Shown here: one piece after another, positions 10,627-20,764 of the stretch | Position numbering within the stretch: position 1 is the stretch's first letter | How the letters are laid out: each line of letters starts with the position of its first letter | From: Naegleria gruberi | Lineage: Eukaryota | Assembly (NCBI GenBank): GCA_000004985.1 | Contig: GG738851.1 | Reading direction: 5' to 3' (one strand) | DNA: 64,000 nucleotides | The notes under the pieces: model-generated | The model's database searches: none | Seen by the model: only the letters and a program-made list of their open reading frames with translations | Told to the model about the DNA's origin: nothing | Made by a program: the position numbers and the translations under genes

Positions 10627-12597
10627 ATGATAAGCTTGAAAAAAACCAATGATCTTCACAGTCATTTCTTTAACATTTTGGAGTTACCAGAAATTGTTAC
10701 TCACATTTTCCGAAATTTAGATATAGAAGAAAGAGCAAGAAAAAGACTTGTTAACACAACATTTAATCATGTCTATTTAATTGAAGAGGAGAATGAAATG
10801 TTGCAATTATGGAAGAAGTACGAGAGTGGATATTGTGGTGGTTATTATGTAAAACCACTCAGTGACGAAGAGTTGATAGCTTTGGAACAACAATTTGACA
10901 TGAAGATGCAATATCATTTGAAGATTTGGTTGACCAAGTGCTCAAATGGAAGATTTGAATGGCAACAATCATTGCTATCAATTGCAAATACTGGAGATTG
11001 GGATTATATCATTAATTCTCCATGTTTACAGAAATGTAAATTTGAATTGATGGATCATTTTGGTGATGAGATAGAAAACTTTATTTGTGTCCATTTCTCG
11101 TCCAGAGATCTCTGTGTAATGGACAAAAGGAATGGTAAATTCTACCATTCCTCGAATGCTGCTAGATTATATTGGAAGCAGATAGGTTATATTAGGGAAT
11201 GGTTAGAAAACATTTCGTATGATATTCTGTATCCATTATCTGAATTGAAAGGTGATCATATCAGTGCTCAGTTTTACAAATACTCGGAAGATATCAAGAA
11301 ATTGACCTCTGAAGGCAATATGAATGAATTTCTGAGATTTATCTCTGCAAGTCCTCAATCCTATTCTTTATTGAGTAATGAATGGAAGGGAAAGGAAGAA
11401 GTAATTGGAGCACTTTTATCAAATAATTATGAGGATCCTAATGGGTTCTTTTCACATTTACCAGCTCACATTCCATTTGATTTGAGAAATGACAAGGAAT
11501 TTTTATTGAAATACTTTAAAATAGCCGACTTTTGCTATTACATTCCAACAAAATTGAGAAATGACAAGAAATTTATGAAGAAATTAATATTACAATATAA
11601 TACTTGTTTCAATATAGGAGCCTTGCCAAAGGATATTCTCAGAGATACTGAAATATTAAGGTCACTTTCTGATAGTATTCTCTTAAACTCTGAGGTCCAA
11701 GAATATGTTGATTGGGAGTTTGAAACTGTTGAGCAAGTTAAAACTTTCTTTACTCAGCACCCAGAATCACATATTTCAATTCCATTCATTTCAGATACTA
11801 TCCTGAATGATAAATCAGCAATGATCGATATTTTGAATGAGGTCTATAATCTTGAACTTAAACCAGAAGATACATTGAATGATTTATCAGCGATTGAAAA
11901 AATTGTAAATGAATCCTCACCAATGGTTCTATCTATTGTTGATGAATCCATCAGAAACAACAAAGAGTTTATGATGAAGCTTGGGGAAATTTCTTTAATG
12001 TTTATTGGAAATGAATTGAAAACAGATTTAGATTTAATTTCTAGTGCAAAACCGACAGTACTGAAAAAATTGAATCTCATCATGTCAAAACAAGAATTTC
12101 TAGAATTATTAGAAAGGATTCAAAAAGCACCAACTATCCAATTCAAATACCTACACAATTTGAATTTATTTGACGCCTTGAAATATCAAATTCCCAGAGA
12201 ATATTTCAATGATCCAGAGTTTGCTTATGAAACCTATAGAATTACATCAGCTTCAGAACAATATTTAGGGAAAGTTGCAAAACAAGATTTTAATTTATGG
12301 ATTCGACTTGCACGAATGGAATTGGATTTATATGGAGCTCCTCCAGAACTGTTGGTTACAAATAGAGATCTTGCCTTTCAAAACATCTTTTCACCAATGG
12401 ACTTGCCCGATGATTTGATTTTTGATGAAGATTTTATGATAACGTGGATGGATAACCATCAGGAAATCAATGGTTTTGTTTGTTTGCCAACAAAGGCAAG
12501 AACAAGGAAGCTCTTTAAACACCTTCTTGTTAAGCATCCTTATTTGAAAAAGTTTGGTCCACCAGAATGGTTGGAAGAAGAAAAACCAAGTAAATAA
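10627..12597 (+). CDS. F-box-like protein with repeated DUF4116-like motifs
   Basis: 656-aa ORF. N-terminal ILELPEIVTHIFRNLDIEERARKRL is F-box-like. Recurrent motif copies LRNDKEFLLKYF, LRNDKKFMKKLI, IRNNKEFMMKLG. Confidence 0.5.
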   Translation: MISLKKTNDLHSHFFNILELPEIVTHIFRNLDIEERARKRLVNTTFNHVYLIEEENEMLQLWKKYESGYCGGYYVKPLSDEELIALEQQFDMKMQYHLKIWLTKCSNGRFEWQQSLLSIANTGDWDYIINSPCLQKCKFELMDHFGDEIENFICVHFSSRDLCVMDKRNGKFYHSSNAARLYWKQIGYIREWLENISYDILYPLSELKGDHISAQFYKYSEDIKKLTSEGNMNEFLRFISASPQSYSLLSNEWKGKEEVIGALLSNNYEDPNGFFSHLPAHIPFDLRNDKEFLLKYFKIADFCYYIPTKLRNDKKFMKKLILQYNTCFNIGALPKDILRDTEILRSLSDSILLNSEVQEYVDWEFETVEQVKTFFTQHPESHISIPFISDTILNDKSAMIDILNEVYNLELKPEDTLNDLSAIEKIVNESSPMVLSIVDESIRNNKEFMMKLGEISLMFIGNELKTDLDLISSAKPTVLKKLNLIMSKQEFLELLERIQKAPTIQFKYLHNLNLFDALKYQIPREYFNDPEFAYETYRITSASEQYLGKVAKQDFNLWIRLARMELDLYGAPPELLVTNRDLAFQNIFSPMDLPDDLIFDEDFMITWMDNHQEINGFVCLPTKARTRKLFKHLLVKHPYLKKFGPPEWLEEEKPSK

Positions 12598-12844
12598 AAA
12601 CTTGAGAGTCAATAAATTAAAATCTTATTACATTGAAAGTTTAGAAACAATGGCACAATTCATTTCAAATAAAGTTAAAATGGTGATTTAACAAAAATGT
12701 GATATTTCAATTGTTGTAATTAAGTTGCAATGGTTCAACACAAATATTTCCACAAATACAAGGAAGTTGTTTACAATTAAATCTTGACAAGCTTCAACAC
12801 CAATTATCAGTACCAACTACTTTCCTTTTCAATATTTAAAAAAA

Positions 12845-15580
12845 ATGAAAAGAACAAGGGACGAATTTACCAACTCATCGTCGGACGATGAAGACACTTC
12901 TCAGCATGAAGATGATTCACCACCGACAAAGAAAGAGAAGGAAACTCCAAAATATCGTCCTCCAATTGGTGCACTCTTGGTTGCAGGTTACGGAGCATGT
13001 GAGGACGAATTTACAATTTTCACACTCGATCAAGCAGATGATTTGGAGAATACTAGAGGCAGATTCCCATATAGAGATTATAGAGATGCTTATGAAAGAA
13101 AGAAGGAGAGAAACATTCGGTCATGGACCGATAATTATGTGAAGAATGATGACGATCGTGATCGTGATGAATTGTCCTATTTACAAATTCCTAGTCAAAA
13201 TCTTATCAAGCAAATTCCGTGTGAAATTCTACTCGATTGCATGTTTTATATGGACAAGTATGCATTGTTTAATTTTATTCAAACATGCAGTTTAGTTTAT
13301 GAATTGTTTGATGAGGTTTATGGAGAAAGTATTGAACGGCTACGTCTTGATATTCTCAATAAGAAGAGGAGTGCTGGGAATTTGAATAGGTTGGTGGATT
13401 TATTCTCCAATTCATCAAGTTGGAATGAGAGTTTAGTTCAAGATTCGAATAAGAAAGTAATGATGACCTATGATCAATATTTTAGAATGAAGAGTTCAAG
13501 CAAGTGGCCAACTAGTTATTTTCACGATCATTTGAAGTTTAGAACATTTAAGAAGGATGATCCAATGATTGACCTAATCAACAATCAGGCACTTACAGAT
13601 TCTCTCAAATTTCAGGAAATGAGCTTTGAAGAGTATATCGATTTACAAAAAGATAGCACACCAATATTACCGTATGGATTACTCACTCAACCAGACACAT
13701 ACTATCTAACTTTTGACAATTTTGTAAAGAGAAGATGTTCATTACTAAATTTTGAGCAATTTGCATTGGAAGGTGATGATAGGTATAAATCATACATTGA
13801 TGGTTTATTGAAGGTGGAAACTGTCATCCTTCCTCATACGTATTCAGATCTTGAGGAAGTGAATGGTTCCTTGTCAGGTTACTCCTGGTATCCATACTTC
13901 ACAAAGTATCAAGATTATCATTTTTATATGGACAGTATTTCAGAAAAAAAAGATCTTCCAAAACGTTATGAAAAAATTGTCAGATTCTTTAAGAATCCTT
14001 ATGAAATGACATTTTCAGATTTTCAAGACAGATTCAAGAATGAAATTTTGAGAGATTATGAATTAGCAAGAATCTTATTTTATGATTGTGCATTTGAACA
14101 TAACAAAACAACCAAGACAAAGGAACGTTTTGTTATATCAGGAGGATCCCTTCTTCACACCTTGACTGGTTGTGGTTTCAGTGATTTTGATTTATTCATC
14201 ATTAATAATGGAGAATCAGACGAAATTATCACTCAAGCAATCAAACAAGTTTTATTGAAATTGGAAGGAAAAACTAAACATTTGAATTACAATATTATGA
14301 GTTCCAAAGCTACAATTAATATTTGTCAAGAAGGGAATGAAAACATTCAGATAGTATTATTGAAATATGATACCATTGAGGAATTGCTCTTATTTTTTGA
14401 TTTGGATTGTTGTAAACTGGTCTATGATGGAGAGAGAGTATTAACAGTTTTAGAATGTTTACGATCCCTCAAGTACAAGATTAATTTTATCCACAGAGAA
14501 TCAGGAGGAAAAAGTGAAGTCCACCATGAAAGAGCTTTAAAATATGGAAATAGAGGTTTCTTAACAATTGTTGCTGATTCCTTTCATCCTCTTTCTCATG
14601 TAATGCATTGTGATTTTATTGTAGAAAGAATTCGAAAGATACTCATTGAAAAGTATGCCAAACAAATGCAAAGTGAGGGAATTAACACTCGATACAATAA
14701 TCCAATGGTTGATTTGTTTATTGGTAGAAACAAAACAACTTCAGAAATTGCTACAGTAGACTTGGACGAATCTAATTTGCTCTATCCTGTCGTTTTGAAG
14801 AATATTTCATTTAAATTCGTGGAACAATGCTTGACAAATGGACTTCTCTTTGCCGTCAGAGAAATGGAAAGCGAAGTTGAGGCTGAGAAAGAAATGCTGA
14901 AACGTTTGAAACTGGACGAATATGAATTTGCGAAAAATCCATCAGATCTATTTCAAATTCTTCCAGAAAATCAAAATCTTGTGAAAGCCAAATATTCCTA
15001 TAGTCATTTAGTTTGCAAGTTTTCCATTGTTCATTGTCAAAACTGTTCTATTTACTTTTATTGCCCATTTGCTTCATCTGTGTTAAGGGAACAACGAAAA
15101 AAGGATAGTTGTAATGGACATTTGATACCATTTTTGGAAAATCAAGTTACAAAAGAAAATTACGATCCGAAAATTAACACACTTTGTCAATCTTGCTTGA
15201 ATCAATTGAATTGTTTGGAGAAATATGATGATTTCATTTTATATAAGGAATATAGAAATACAAGATTTGTGGAAAATCAAATAGAGACTAAAATAATTCA
15301 AACTATTTACAAAATTGAAAAGATTGAAAACCTTAAAGGAGTATCACAGGATAGAATACTTCATCTTTTATCAAAAACCTTTTCACTACCTGATTTGGAA
15401 TATACTTTGAAAATTTTGAAATTTAAAGAGCTTGTAATAAGCAGCCAAGAGGAAGACGAAATCAAGTTAACACTTCGCTCTTTATTACCAATCTGGTCAT
15501 ATAGCAACAAGATTGTGGTTCCAATCCCAATATCTGAAAAGAAACAAAAGGTTATTCTTGATTTCTTCAAGAAAAAGTGA
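12845..15580 (+). CDS. Hypothetical 911-aa protein with an acidic N-terminus and an F-box-like segment
   Basis: Single long ORF starting with ATG. Segment IPCEILLDCMFYMDKYALFNFIQTCSLVYELF is F-box-like. No other recognisable domain. Confidence 0.45.
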   Translation: MKRTRDEFTNSSSDDEDTSQHEDDSPPTKKEKETPKYRPPIGALLVAGYGACEDEFTIFTLDQADDLENTRGRFPYRDYRDAYERKKERNIRSWTDNYVKNDDDRDRDELSYLQIPSQNLIKQIPCEILLDCMFYMDKYALFNFIQTCSLVYELFDEVYGESIERLRLDILNKKRSAGNLNRLVDLFSNSSSWNESLVQDSNKKVMMTYDQYFRMKSSSKWPTSYFHDHLKFRTFKKDDPMIDLINNQALTDSLKFQEMSFEEYIDLQKDSTPILPYGLLTQPDTYYLTFDNFVKRRCSLLNFEQFALEGDDRYKSYIDGLLKVETVILPHTYSDLEEVNGSLSGYSWYPYFTKYQDYHFYMDSISEKKDLPKRYEKIVRFFKNPYEMTFSDFQDRFKNEILRDYELARILFYDCAFEHNKTTKTKERFVISGGSLLHTLTGCGFSDFDLFIINNGESDEIITQAIKQVLLKLEGKTKHLNYNIMSSKATINICQEGNENIQIVLLKYDTIEELLLFFDLDCCKLVYDGERVLTVLECLRSLKYKINFIHRESGGKSEVHHERALKYGNRGFLTIVADSFHPLSHVMHCDFIVERIRKILIEKYAKQMQSEGINTRYNNPMVDLFIGRNKTTSEIATVDLDESNLLYPVVLKNISFKFVEQCLTNGLLFAVREMESEVEAEKEMLKRLKLDEYEFAKNPSDLFQILPENQNLVKAKYSYSHLVCKFSIVHCQNCSIYFYCPFASSVLREQRKKDSCNGHLIPFLENQVTKENYDPKINTLCQSCLNQLNCLEKYDDFILYKEYRNTRFVENQIETKIIQTIYKIEKIENLKGVSQDRILHLLSKTFSLPDLEYTLKILKFKELVISSQEEDEIKLTLRSLLPIWSYSNKIVVPIPISEKKQKVILDFFKKK

Positions 15581-15881
15581 AAATCCTTAATACATTGAAA
15601 TATGGTAATGTACAAAGCAGTGTGTATTAAAGGAAGTGAAATGTTATGGAGAGATGCCATAAATAACAAGGTTCAAGATTTTATTACATTTTTTCAATGT
15701 TTATACTGGAATGATTACAAACGATTCGTTTCTATCGCTAACACACATTGACATAACTTGTCAACAAGAACTACACACAACTTGACACAGCATGTGGTAC
15801 ACATTGATTGGCTTGTCATTAGTTGACCAACACAAAATGGGTGAACTGGACACTAATTTGTTGTGCTAAATAACAAAAAAA

Positions 15882-17723
15882 ATGAAACTGTTCGGTCTTG
15901 TTGTTATTTTACTAATTGTGTTCAGTCAACTGACCAATGGTTTAGATTATGTATCAATTTCTGACTATGGCGCCATCGCGGATGGTATCACAGATAACAC
16001 TGCATTCATTAGCAAGGCAATTTCTGATGCAAAGGCCAAGAATTTAACACGAGTTTATGTGCCTCCATCTTCCAAACCATATCTTCACAATAATTTAATT
16101 ATTCTTGATGGTATTTTGTTATATGGTGATGGATACTTGTCATGGTTGCATGGATCTAACACTGAAGCATCACCAATCAAATTGATTGGAAACAATTCAG
16201 GTGTTAAAAATCTTCGGTTGACCAGTATAGATCAGAACAGAAGAAGTGTTCCATGGGCCACAACTGTTTGGTGCTATTTTGCAACTAATTTTCTTGTAGA
16301 TAACATTTGGGCTGAACCAATGGATGGAAAAGGTTACACTTACAATACAACACTTGTTCATGGAGTTGGTGGAATTTTCATTTATGGTTGTGAAAATGGA
16401 ACCGTTTCGAATAACAATTTGAATTATACATATGCTGACAGTATTCACAATACTCACACTACCAAATCAGTCCAAATTTTCAATAATATGATTGAGAATA
16501 GTGGAGATGACGGTATTGCTTCTGTTTCTTATAATGGAAATGAAATTAACCGAAACTTGGTTATTTTCAAAAACTATGTCAAGGGCAATAGATGGGGAAG
16601 AGGTATTACAAACATTGGAGGTGATCAAATCATTATTGAGGATAATACAGTTGAAGCTGGAACTGCTGCAGCAATTTGGTTGGCAGCTGAATATTATTAC
16701 AATACTCTATCTCCTTCCAATACGATTGTTAGAAGAAACAAAGTAATAAGAGCAGGATCAGCTGATGGGAAATGTTATGGGCCTAATACGATTCCATCTA
16801 TGGGTATTAATAATTCTAATTTTCCATTTAAGGCAAATAATATTCAATTTGTGGACAATGTAGTTATGGACTCATGTTTGGATGGAATTGTAATTGGTGG
16901 AACTGATGTCAAGAACGTTGCCATTGCTGGAAACACATTCATTAACCAAAGAGCTGGTGCATTCTTCACAACAAGTAATTCCTCTCAAATTTTCTTCCTC
17001 AACAATCGTGTAGAAAATTCGAGTATCAACTCTATTGTTACCATCAATTATCAAGATACCTTAATCATTGATGGAAATACTCTCGTCAATGCCATTACAA
17101 ATATGCAAGGCAGAACACAAGTTGTCTATATCATTAAGGCAGGTCGAGTTCAATTTACAAATAATAGATATTCACAATATGTTCCAACTGGATCCAATAC
17201 AATAATTCAATTAGGATCTGCTGATTCAGTTGTTAATGATGATAGCGACTCGAAGCTTTCAACTAAGGTACCAAGTAATGTTGCTTCCTTTGCCATTCCA
17301 ACAATTCAGGATTTGGAATTTAATTTTACAACTAATGGAAATGTTGTAACAGTGACAGAATCTCAAATTCTCTCCAAACTTTCATTGGATTCTTCATTGT
17401 TTTCTCTATTAGTTGGATTTTCTGGTGTTGGTGGAAAGGTTGATACCAGTTTCGATAGAAAAACCATGACATTTAGTTTTTCAAATGATTTGAAAAGTGG
17501 CACTTTCAAATATTCAGTTCAATCTGTATTGGAATCTTCTGCTCAAACAGCTAATATTAGAGTGAATAGAATTGCAATTCCAATAGTTGCAGAATCGTCA
17601 AAGCCAAAACCAAAACCTTCTTCAAGTTACATTAATAAGGCAGTCTCTGATGGAAGTACTATTTGTTTTGCTCACCAATTGATTGTAATTGTACTCAGTT
17701 TTATGCTTGTATTACTCTTTTAA
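15882..17723 (+). CDS. Secreted right-handed parallel beta-helix (pectin-lyase-fold) protein with a C-terminal hydrophobic GPI-like signal
   Basis: Signal peptide MKLFGLVVILLIVFSQLTNG. Repetitive N/I/V/G-rich PbH1-like turns (NNMIENSGDDGIAS, GNRWGRGITNIGGDQIIIEDNTV, VDNVVMDSCLDGIVIGG). C-terminus is CFAHQLIVIVLSFMLVLLF. Confidence 0.6.
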   Translation: MKLFGLVVILLIVFSQLTNGLDYVSISDYGAIADGITDNTAFISKAISDAKAKNLTRVYVPPSSKPYLHNNLIILDGILLYGDGYLSWLHGSNTEASPIKLIGNNSGVKNLRLTSIDQNRRSVPWATTVWCYFATNFLVDNIWAEPMDGKGYTYNTTLVHGVGGIFIYGCENGTVSNNNLNYTYADSIHNTHTTKSVQIFNNMIENSGDDGIASVSYNGNEINRNLVIFKNYVKGNRWGRGITNIGGDQIIIEDNTVEAGTAAAIWLAAEYYYNTLSPSNTIVRRNKVIRAGSADGKCYGPNTIPSMGINNSNFPFKANNIQFVDNVVMDSCLDGIVIGGTDVKNVAIAGNTFINQRAGAFFTTSNSSQIFFLNNRVENSSINSIVTINYQDTLIIDGNTLVNAITNMQGRTQVVYIIKAGRVQFTNNRYSQYVPTGSNTIIQLGSADSVVNDDSDSKLSTKVPSNVASFAIPTIQDLEFNFTTNGNVVTVTESQILSKLSLDSSLFSLLVGFSGVGGKVDTSFDRKTMTFSFSNDLKSGTFKYSVQSVLESSAQTANIRVNRIAIPIVAESSKPKPKPSSSYINKAVSDGSTICFAHQLIVIVLSFMLVLLF

Positions 17724-17779
17724 AAACAAATCATTTAGATAATTCTAAACATTAGAATAAAAAAACAAATCATTTATGA

Positions 17780-18577
17780 TTATTCCCAAACTCTTTGATT
17801 TTTCAATAGACAACACAGAACCAATTCATGTCCAAATGGTTTGGATGTATCTTCAAAACATTCTTTCAATGTTTTACCATCATAATTGTATCCATCAAAT
17901 CCAAGAATTTGAATATTCATTCCACTATTGACCATTTCTTCCAGTTTCTTATAAGCTTCAGTTTCGACAACTTTCTCAGCATAAAGTGGACAATAAATTT
18001 TCCTTCTAGCTTGCATATAATTAAATTTCTCTCCCTTCCACCATGAATACAATGGTTTCTCCCTCTTTACATGTCTATGAGCTTTCTCATCCTTCCATCC
18101 TTTTGTTCTTCTTTCAAAAAACTCAGAATTTGGAACTTTGGTCAATTGACCATTATCATTTCTAACTTGTTCCTCTTCTCCTGGAAATACCTTTGAAAAT
18201 TGCCATAAATTCTCCAAATTTGTAATTGTACACTTCTCACTTCCATGTTCATATTCATATGGGCCTAATTTCATTGGTGACAATTCCTTGAATATTCCAC
18301 TAGCTCCAGAACAACAATTTACATTCTTGTAACCTGTCACGATTGGCCACTTTTTATTTCCCTTTGAGAAACGACCTGGTAATTTATCGCAACGAACATC
18401 TCCTTTGGAATTTCTCTTCTTATTCAATTCTTGTTGTTTCTTGACGGATTGATCGTGTTGTTTCTTTGCTTGTTTTTCTAGATCTTGTTCGGTGATTTCA
18501 ATGACTTCATTCTTTTTCTTCTGTTTGATGGTTTGCTTTTTCTTTGTTGTGTTGTTACTGGTTGATTGTTTGCCCAT
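17780..18577 (-). CDS. Hypothetical Lys-rich protein (basic N-terminus, Cys-containing core)
   Basis: 265-aa ORF with ATG start. No confident domain assignment. A weak NADAR-like resemblance was considered and not accepted. Confidence 0.4.
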   Translation of the reverse strand: MGKQSTSNNTTKKKQTIKQKKKNEVIEITEQDLEKQAKKQHDQSVKKQQELNKKRNSKGDVRCDKLPGRFSKGNKKWPIVTGYKNVNCCSGASGIFKELSPMKLGPYEYEHGSEKCTITNLENLWQFSKVFPGEEEQVRNDNGQLTKVPNSEFFERRTKGWKDEKAHRHVKREKPLYSWWKGEKFNYMQARRKIYCPLYAEKVVETEAYKKLEEMVNSGMNIQILGFDGYNYDGKTLKECFEDTSKPFGHELVLCCLLKNQRVWE

Positions 18578-18703
18578 TTTTTTTTGAATATTAATTATTA
18601 ACTAAATGAAAAACTTTGATTTCCATTTATTACTGGAAGTGCAAATTCACCAACTTCAATCAACACAAACATTTTGAACACCGTGTTCTATTTTATAGAA
18701 AAA

Positions 18704-19618
18704 TTAATTCTGTCCATAAACATTAATATCTCTAAAGGTAATATTAAGTCTGGCCGATAACACTCCCTTTCTCTTTGGTACACAATGTTGATAGTGTTTC
18801 TGAGTGGCTCCATTCATAATCAATAAACATCCATTCTCCAATGATTTTGTAATAATTTCACCCTTCTTTTGAATTGGTGATTGAGTTGTATTCGATGAGT
18901 TGGTGTTTTGTTTTGGCATGGGTCTTAATTGAAAATCTCTACTCGCTCCCAATGAAACAGAAGCAATTGAAAAGCCACTTGCTTCTCTATCAGCATGCCA
19001 TCCAATCAGATCATCCCCATCATCATAACGATTAATCAATGCAGCTTCATATTTTTCTCCAATCAATTCTTCCAATCTCTTTTTCAAGTTGAGTAATGGC
19101 TCTGGCCAATCTCTTTGGAGTTTTACCATATCATTATAAACTCGAGAAACACTTCCATCATTTGTATCAACAACAGAATCAGTCTCATTCCTAGTAATGG
19201 GTTTACCAAAGAATGCAACCTTTCTCTTTGAAACAACATCCTTTCCATACATGTTATATTTGGGACTAGTCCACTCACACTTCTCCATCAGACAATCAAA
19301 TAATTCCTTCGATTCCCGTTGGGAGAGAAATCTTTCCATATATCTGACCTGTACTCCAGTATCCTTCTCATTCAGAATAAAGGTAAACTCCTGATTCCGA
19401 TGATGATGAAGATTCTTCTTCTTCAATTCAAATTTCTGTTCATTATTTTCATTCAAAATTATTTCTTCCTCATCATTGATGAGAATTGGATTTTCCGCAC
19501 TCGATGTTAACAGTTCTCTTGATTCTTGCTTGATTTTCTTGGGTGAGGCATTGAAGAAATCGGTGATTGACTTTCTTTTCATTTTTTTTTGAATAGTTCT
19601 AGCCGTCACTCGAACCAT
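18704..19618 (-). CDS. ALKBH-like: AlkB-family 2OG-Fe(II) dioxygenase (DNA/RNA demethylase-like)
   Basis: 304-aa ORF. HxD iron ligands in IGWHADRE. Second His in LLIMNGATQKHYQHCV. RxNxTFR motif in SARLNITFRD. SLGASRDFQLR strand. Confidence 0.7.
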   Translation of the reverse strand: MVRVTARTIQKKMKRKSITDFFNASPKKIKQESRELLTSSAENPILINDEEEIILNENNEQKFELKKKNLHHHRNQEFTFILNEKDTGVQVRYMERFLSQRESKELFDCLMEKCEWTSPKYNMYGKDVVSKRKVAFFGKPITRNETDSVVDTNDGSVSRVYNDMVKLQRDWPEPLLNLKKRLEELIGEKYEAALINRYDDGDDLIGWHADREASGFSIASVSLGASRDFQLRPMPKQNTNSSNTTQSPIQKKGEIITKSLENGCLLIMNGATQKHYQHCVPKRKGVLSARLNITFRDINVYGQN

Positions 19619-19749
19619 TGTATTTTCTAGAAACTATGCTTCAGTGGAGAGCTGCTTATAAGCATCTACAATGAAAATAAACCCAACACGTTTATCTATT
19701 TTCCACTAATAGGTATATTAGTTATGATTAAGATTTTACCTCAATGAAT

Positions 19750-19867
19750 GGCTACGGCCATATCACGATGAATGCACCTCATCCCGTCCGATTTGAGAAG
19801 TTAAGCATCGTCGAGCCACATCAGTACTGAGGTTGGAGACAACTTGGGAACCTGTGGTGCTGTAGTC
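19750..19867 (+). rRNA. 5S: 5S ribosomal RNA gene (copy 1)
   Basis: The sequence GGCTACGGCCATATCACGATGAATGCACCTCATCCCGTCCGATTTGAGAAGTTAAGCATCGTCGAGCCACATCAGTACTGAGGTTGGAGACAACTTGGGAACCTGTGGTGCTGTAGTC has the conserved 5S blocks CCCGTCCGAT, AAGTTAAGC and GGGAACC. Helix I closes by 5'/3' complementarity. A TTTTT run follows immediately. Ends are approximate to +/-3 nt. Confidence 0.85.
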
Positions 19868-19872
19868 TTTTT
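19868..19872 (+). terminator. Pol III T-run terminator of 5S copy 1
   Basis: TTTTT lies directly after the 5S 3' end. Confidence 0.5.
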
Positions 19873-20055
19873 ATCTTTCAGTCTATGCCAATTTCATTTA
19901 TGATCAAGTTTAAGAAATTTACAATTAGTTCATGTCGACAATCTGTGTAAAGACGCTGAAAGATCATTCGAAAAAAATGAGCAAACGAAAAAGACAAGAT
20001 TTGGAAAATCATCAATTAATTAATTATTCGGAGGAAATTCACTAACAATACTATT

Positions 20056-20764
20056 GTGGAAGAGAAATCAAAAGTTGCGAAACAGATATTTTCAGATGAT
20101 ATTTGTTTTGAAATAATTTCCATGCTTGATGATTCGTGGTTTATTTTAAATAATTGTTCTTTAATTTCAAAACAATTCTTTAATGTGATCAAGGAACGTT
20201 CAAAACTTGTTATTCAATTTAAAACAAAATTTACAAAGAAAAGAATTAAATTATTCATGAAAAGTCAATTTATGAATAGTATGGTTAATGTTAAATTTGC
20301 TTGACTCGAGAGAAAAAGCCAAATTCATCAGTGAAATGAAACAATTATCATCACTGAATGTTTATAACAATGAAATTGGTTGCGAAGGAGCCAAATATAT
20401 AAGTGAAATGCAACAATTAACATCAGTTGATATTTATTACAATGAAATTGGTGATGAAGGAGTCAAATATATCAGTGAAATGAAACAATTATCATCACTT
20501 AATGTTTATAACAATGAAATTGGTGATGAAGGAGTCAAATACATCAGTGAAATGAAACAATTAACATCACTTAATATTCCTGACAATCGAATTAGTGTTG
20601 AAGGAGTCAAATATATCAGTGAAATGAAACAATTAACATCACTTGATATTTCTTATAATGAAATTGGTGATGAAGGAGTCAAATATATCAGTGAAATGAA
20701 ACAATTATCATCACTTAATATTTCTTACAATGAAATTGAATTTTGGCAGGGGGGCGGAAAGTGA
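20056..20764 (+). CDS. F-box / leucine-rich-repeat (RI-type, 24-aa repeat) protein. The frame shifts by +1 near 20300 (possible pseudogene or assembly error). The 3' end is altered by a transposon insertion
   Basis: ORF 20056..20304 has an F-box-like segment DICFEIISMLDDSWFILNNCSLISKQFFNVI. ORF 20288..20764, in the next frame, has six tandem repeats xGVKYISEMKQLxSLNxxxNEIGDEG. No GT..AG intron reconciles the two frames. The terminal codons EFWQGGGK* run into the element at 20747. Confidence 0.5.
20311..20745 (+). repeat. Tandem 72-bp coding repeats (six LRR units) with high nucleotide identity
   Basis: Near-identical units ggtgatgaaggagtcaaatatatcagtgaaatgaaacaatta... recur every 72 nt. Confidence 0.6.

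Noticed and set aside
17780-18577. Assignment of the Lys-rich 265-aa protein to the NADAR/YbiA family.
   Set aside because: Only a vague resemblance (LSPM...TNLENLWQFSKVF). Conserved catalytic residues could not be placed. Left as hypothetical.
1-20308. SalI sites (GTCGAC at 1 and 19927) and an XhoI site (CTCGAG at 20303) coinciding with the window start and with the F-box/LRR frameshift: possible cloning junctions or chimeras.
   Set aside because: Six-bp palindromes are expected several times by chance in 64 kb. Flanking sequence is continuous in character. This is not evidence of a vector junction.
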